DNA of 64,000 nucleotides from Mobula hypostoma (Eukaryota). Position numbers and translations under genes: made by a program. Under the pieces are notes generated by a model. The model was not told the origin of the DNA, ran no database searches, and saw nothing but the letters and a program-made list of their open reading frames with translations. Below, in pieces: positions 62,690 through 64,000 of this stretch; position 1 is the first letter of the stretch; the number at the start of each line of letters is the position of its first letter. The stretch lies in assembly GCF_963921235.1 (NCBI RefSeq), contig NC_086125.1, positions 28,582,001 to 28,646,000 on the forward strand. The letters run 5' to 3'.

Positions 62690-63390
62690 TTGCGAAACAG
62701 AGCTTTGGTAGATGGAGTTCAATTTGGAAAAATATGAACAGAAACCCTTCAGAAGGTCGAACTTAAAGACAGAGTACAATATCAATAGCAGGATTCTTAG
62801 TAGTGTGGAAGAACCGAGGGATCTTGGGTCCTAAAGGTTTCAAGGCACACTGATAGGTTAAGAAGACGTATCGTGTGTTGGCCTTCATTAGTCAGGGGAC
62901 TGATTTGAAGAGCCGCGAGGTAATGTTGCAGCTCTATAAAACGCTGGTTAGACCACACTTGGTGTATTGTGTTCATTCTGGTTGTTTTATTGCAGAAAGC
63001 ATTAGAGAGCGTACTGGGGAGATTTACCAGGAAAGGCTGAACGAGCTACAGACTTTCTCTTTTCAGCGAATAAGGATAGAGGTATATTTTTCCCAGGAAG
63101 GCGATGGCTAATCCAAGAGGGCATACTTTTATGGTGTTTGGATGAAGGTATAGTGAATGCAAGAGATAGTTTTTTTACACAGAGAGTGGAACACTCTGGG
63201 GAGGTAGCAGAGACAAATACATTAGGAACATTTAAGAGAAACTTAGAGAGGCACATGGATGAACAAAAAAAATAGAAGGCCACATGGGAGGGATTGGTTA
63301 GATTGTTCTCTGATAATGCTAGCTGGTTGATATAACATTGTGGGCCAAATAACCAGTACTGTGCTGTACTGTTCTATGCTCTATGTTCTG
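62690..63390 (+). mobile_element. CR1 3' portion
   Basis: LAFISQG..KSREVMLQLYKTLVRPHL. Confidence 0.8.
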
Positions 63391-63499
63391 AAAATGGCCA
63401 TTGGTCATATATAAGATAATCATCATTACATATCAGGCAATGGTCCATCCACTGGTTAACTGGATCTAAGTATGTGAGATTTGTGAAGCTACACGTAAA

Positions 63500-63907
63500 A
63501 CCATAAGACCATAAGACATAGGAGCAGAATTAGGCCATTTGGCCCATTGAGTCTAATCCACCATTCCATCATGATTGTTTTTTTTTAACCCCTTTCAACC
63601 TCATTTTCCTGCCTTCTCCCCATAACCTTTTACTAATCAAGAACCTATCAACCTCCACTTTAAGTACACCCAATGACTTGGCCTCCACAGCCATTTATGG
63701 AATGAATTCCACGGACTCACTACCTTCTGGCTAAAGAAATTCCTGCTCATCTCTGTTCTAAAAGGATGTCCTTCTATCCTAAGGCTGCGCCCTCTGATCC
63801 TAGAGTCCCCTACTGTAGGAAACATCCTCTCCATGTCCACTCTATCTCAGCCTTTCAATTTTCTATAGTTTTCAATGAAATTCTCCCTACATTCTTCTGA
63901 ACTCCAG
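63500..63907 (-). mobile_element. CR1 family A 3' end
   Basis: ccataagaccataagacata tail; RNFFSQKVVSPWNS. Confidence 0.88.
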
Positions 63908-64000
63908 TTGCATGCAATGGATTGGGTGTTGGAAGGAAATGGAATACTTGTGGTGAGTCGGAAGAGAGGAGATGTGAGGGTTAGCTTCTGTGGTTCAATG

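Overview
Vertebrate genomic DNA with no recognisable intact host protein-coding gene, so it is intronic or intergenic. The repeat repertoire suggests a cartilaginous fish, probably a ray; that is inference, not a database result. Most of the window is nested, decayed retroelements: two CR1 families, Rex1/Babar, Tx1, an RTE-like 5' region, tRNA-derived SINEs, Penelope-like elements (PLEs), an internally deleted HERO-clade RLE element, a solo LTR, and Tc1- and Tigger-like remnants. There are three large minisatellites, a 433-N gap, and several repeat-free islands that look like regulatory DNA. The most notable signals are four. (1) A PLE family whose pseudo-LTRs (pLTRs) carry a minimal hammerhead ribozyme with an ACGU palindrome in place of helix III; these insert repeatedly as short inverted pairs with one long and one short end, with breakpoints clustered at the ribozyme core. 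(2) A HERO 3' UTR that folds on paper into a kink-turn plus pseudoknot. (3) A 13x59-bp VNTR with an NF-kB consensus in every unit and a CCAAT box in 12 of 13. (4) A ~100-nt hairpin in unique sequence. Nearly all ORFs in the supplied track are repeat fragments or spurious. Family names come from motif recognition, and most element boundaries are approximate.
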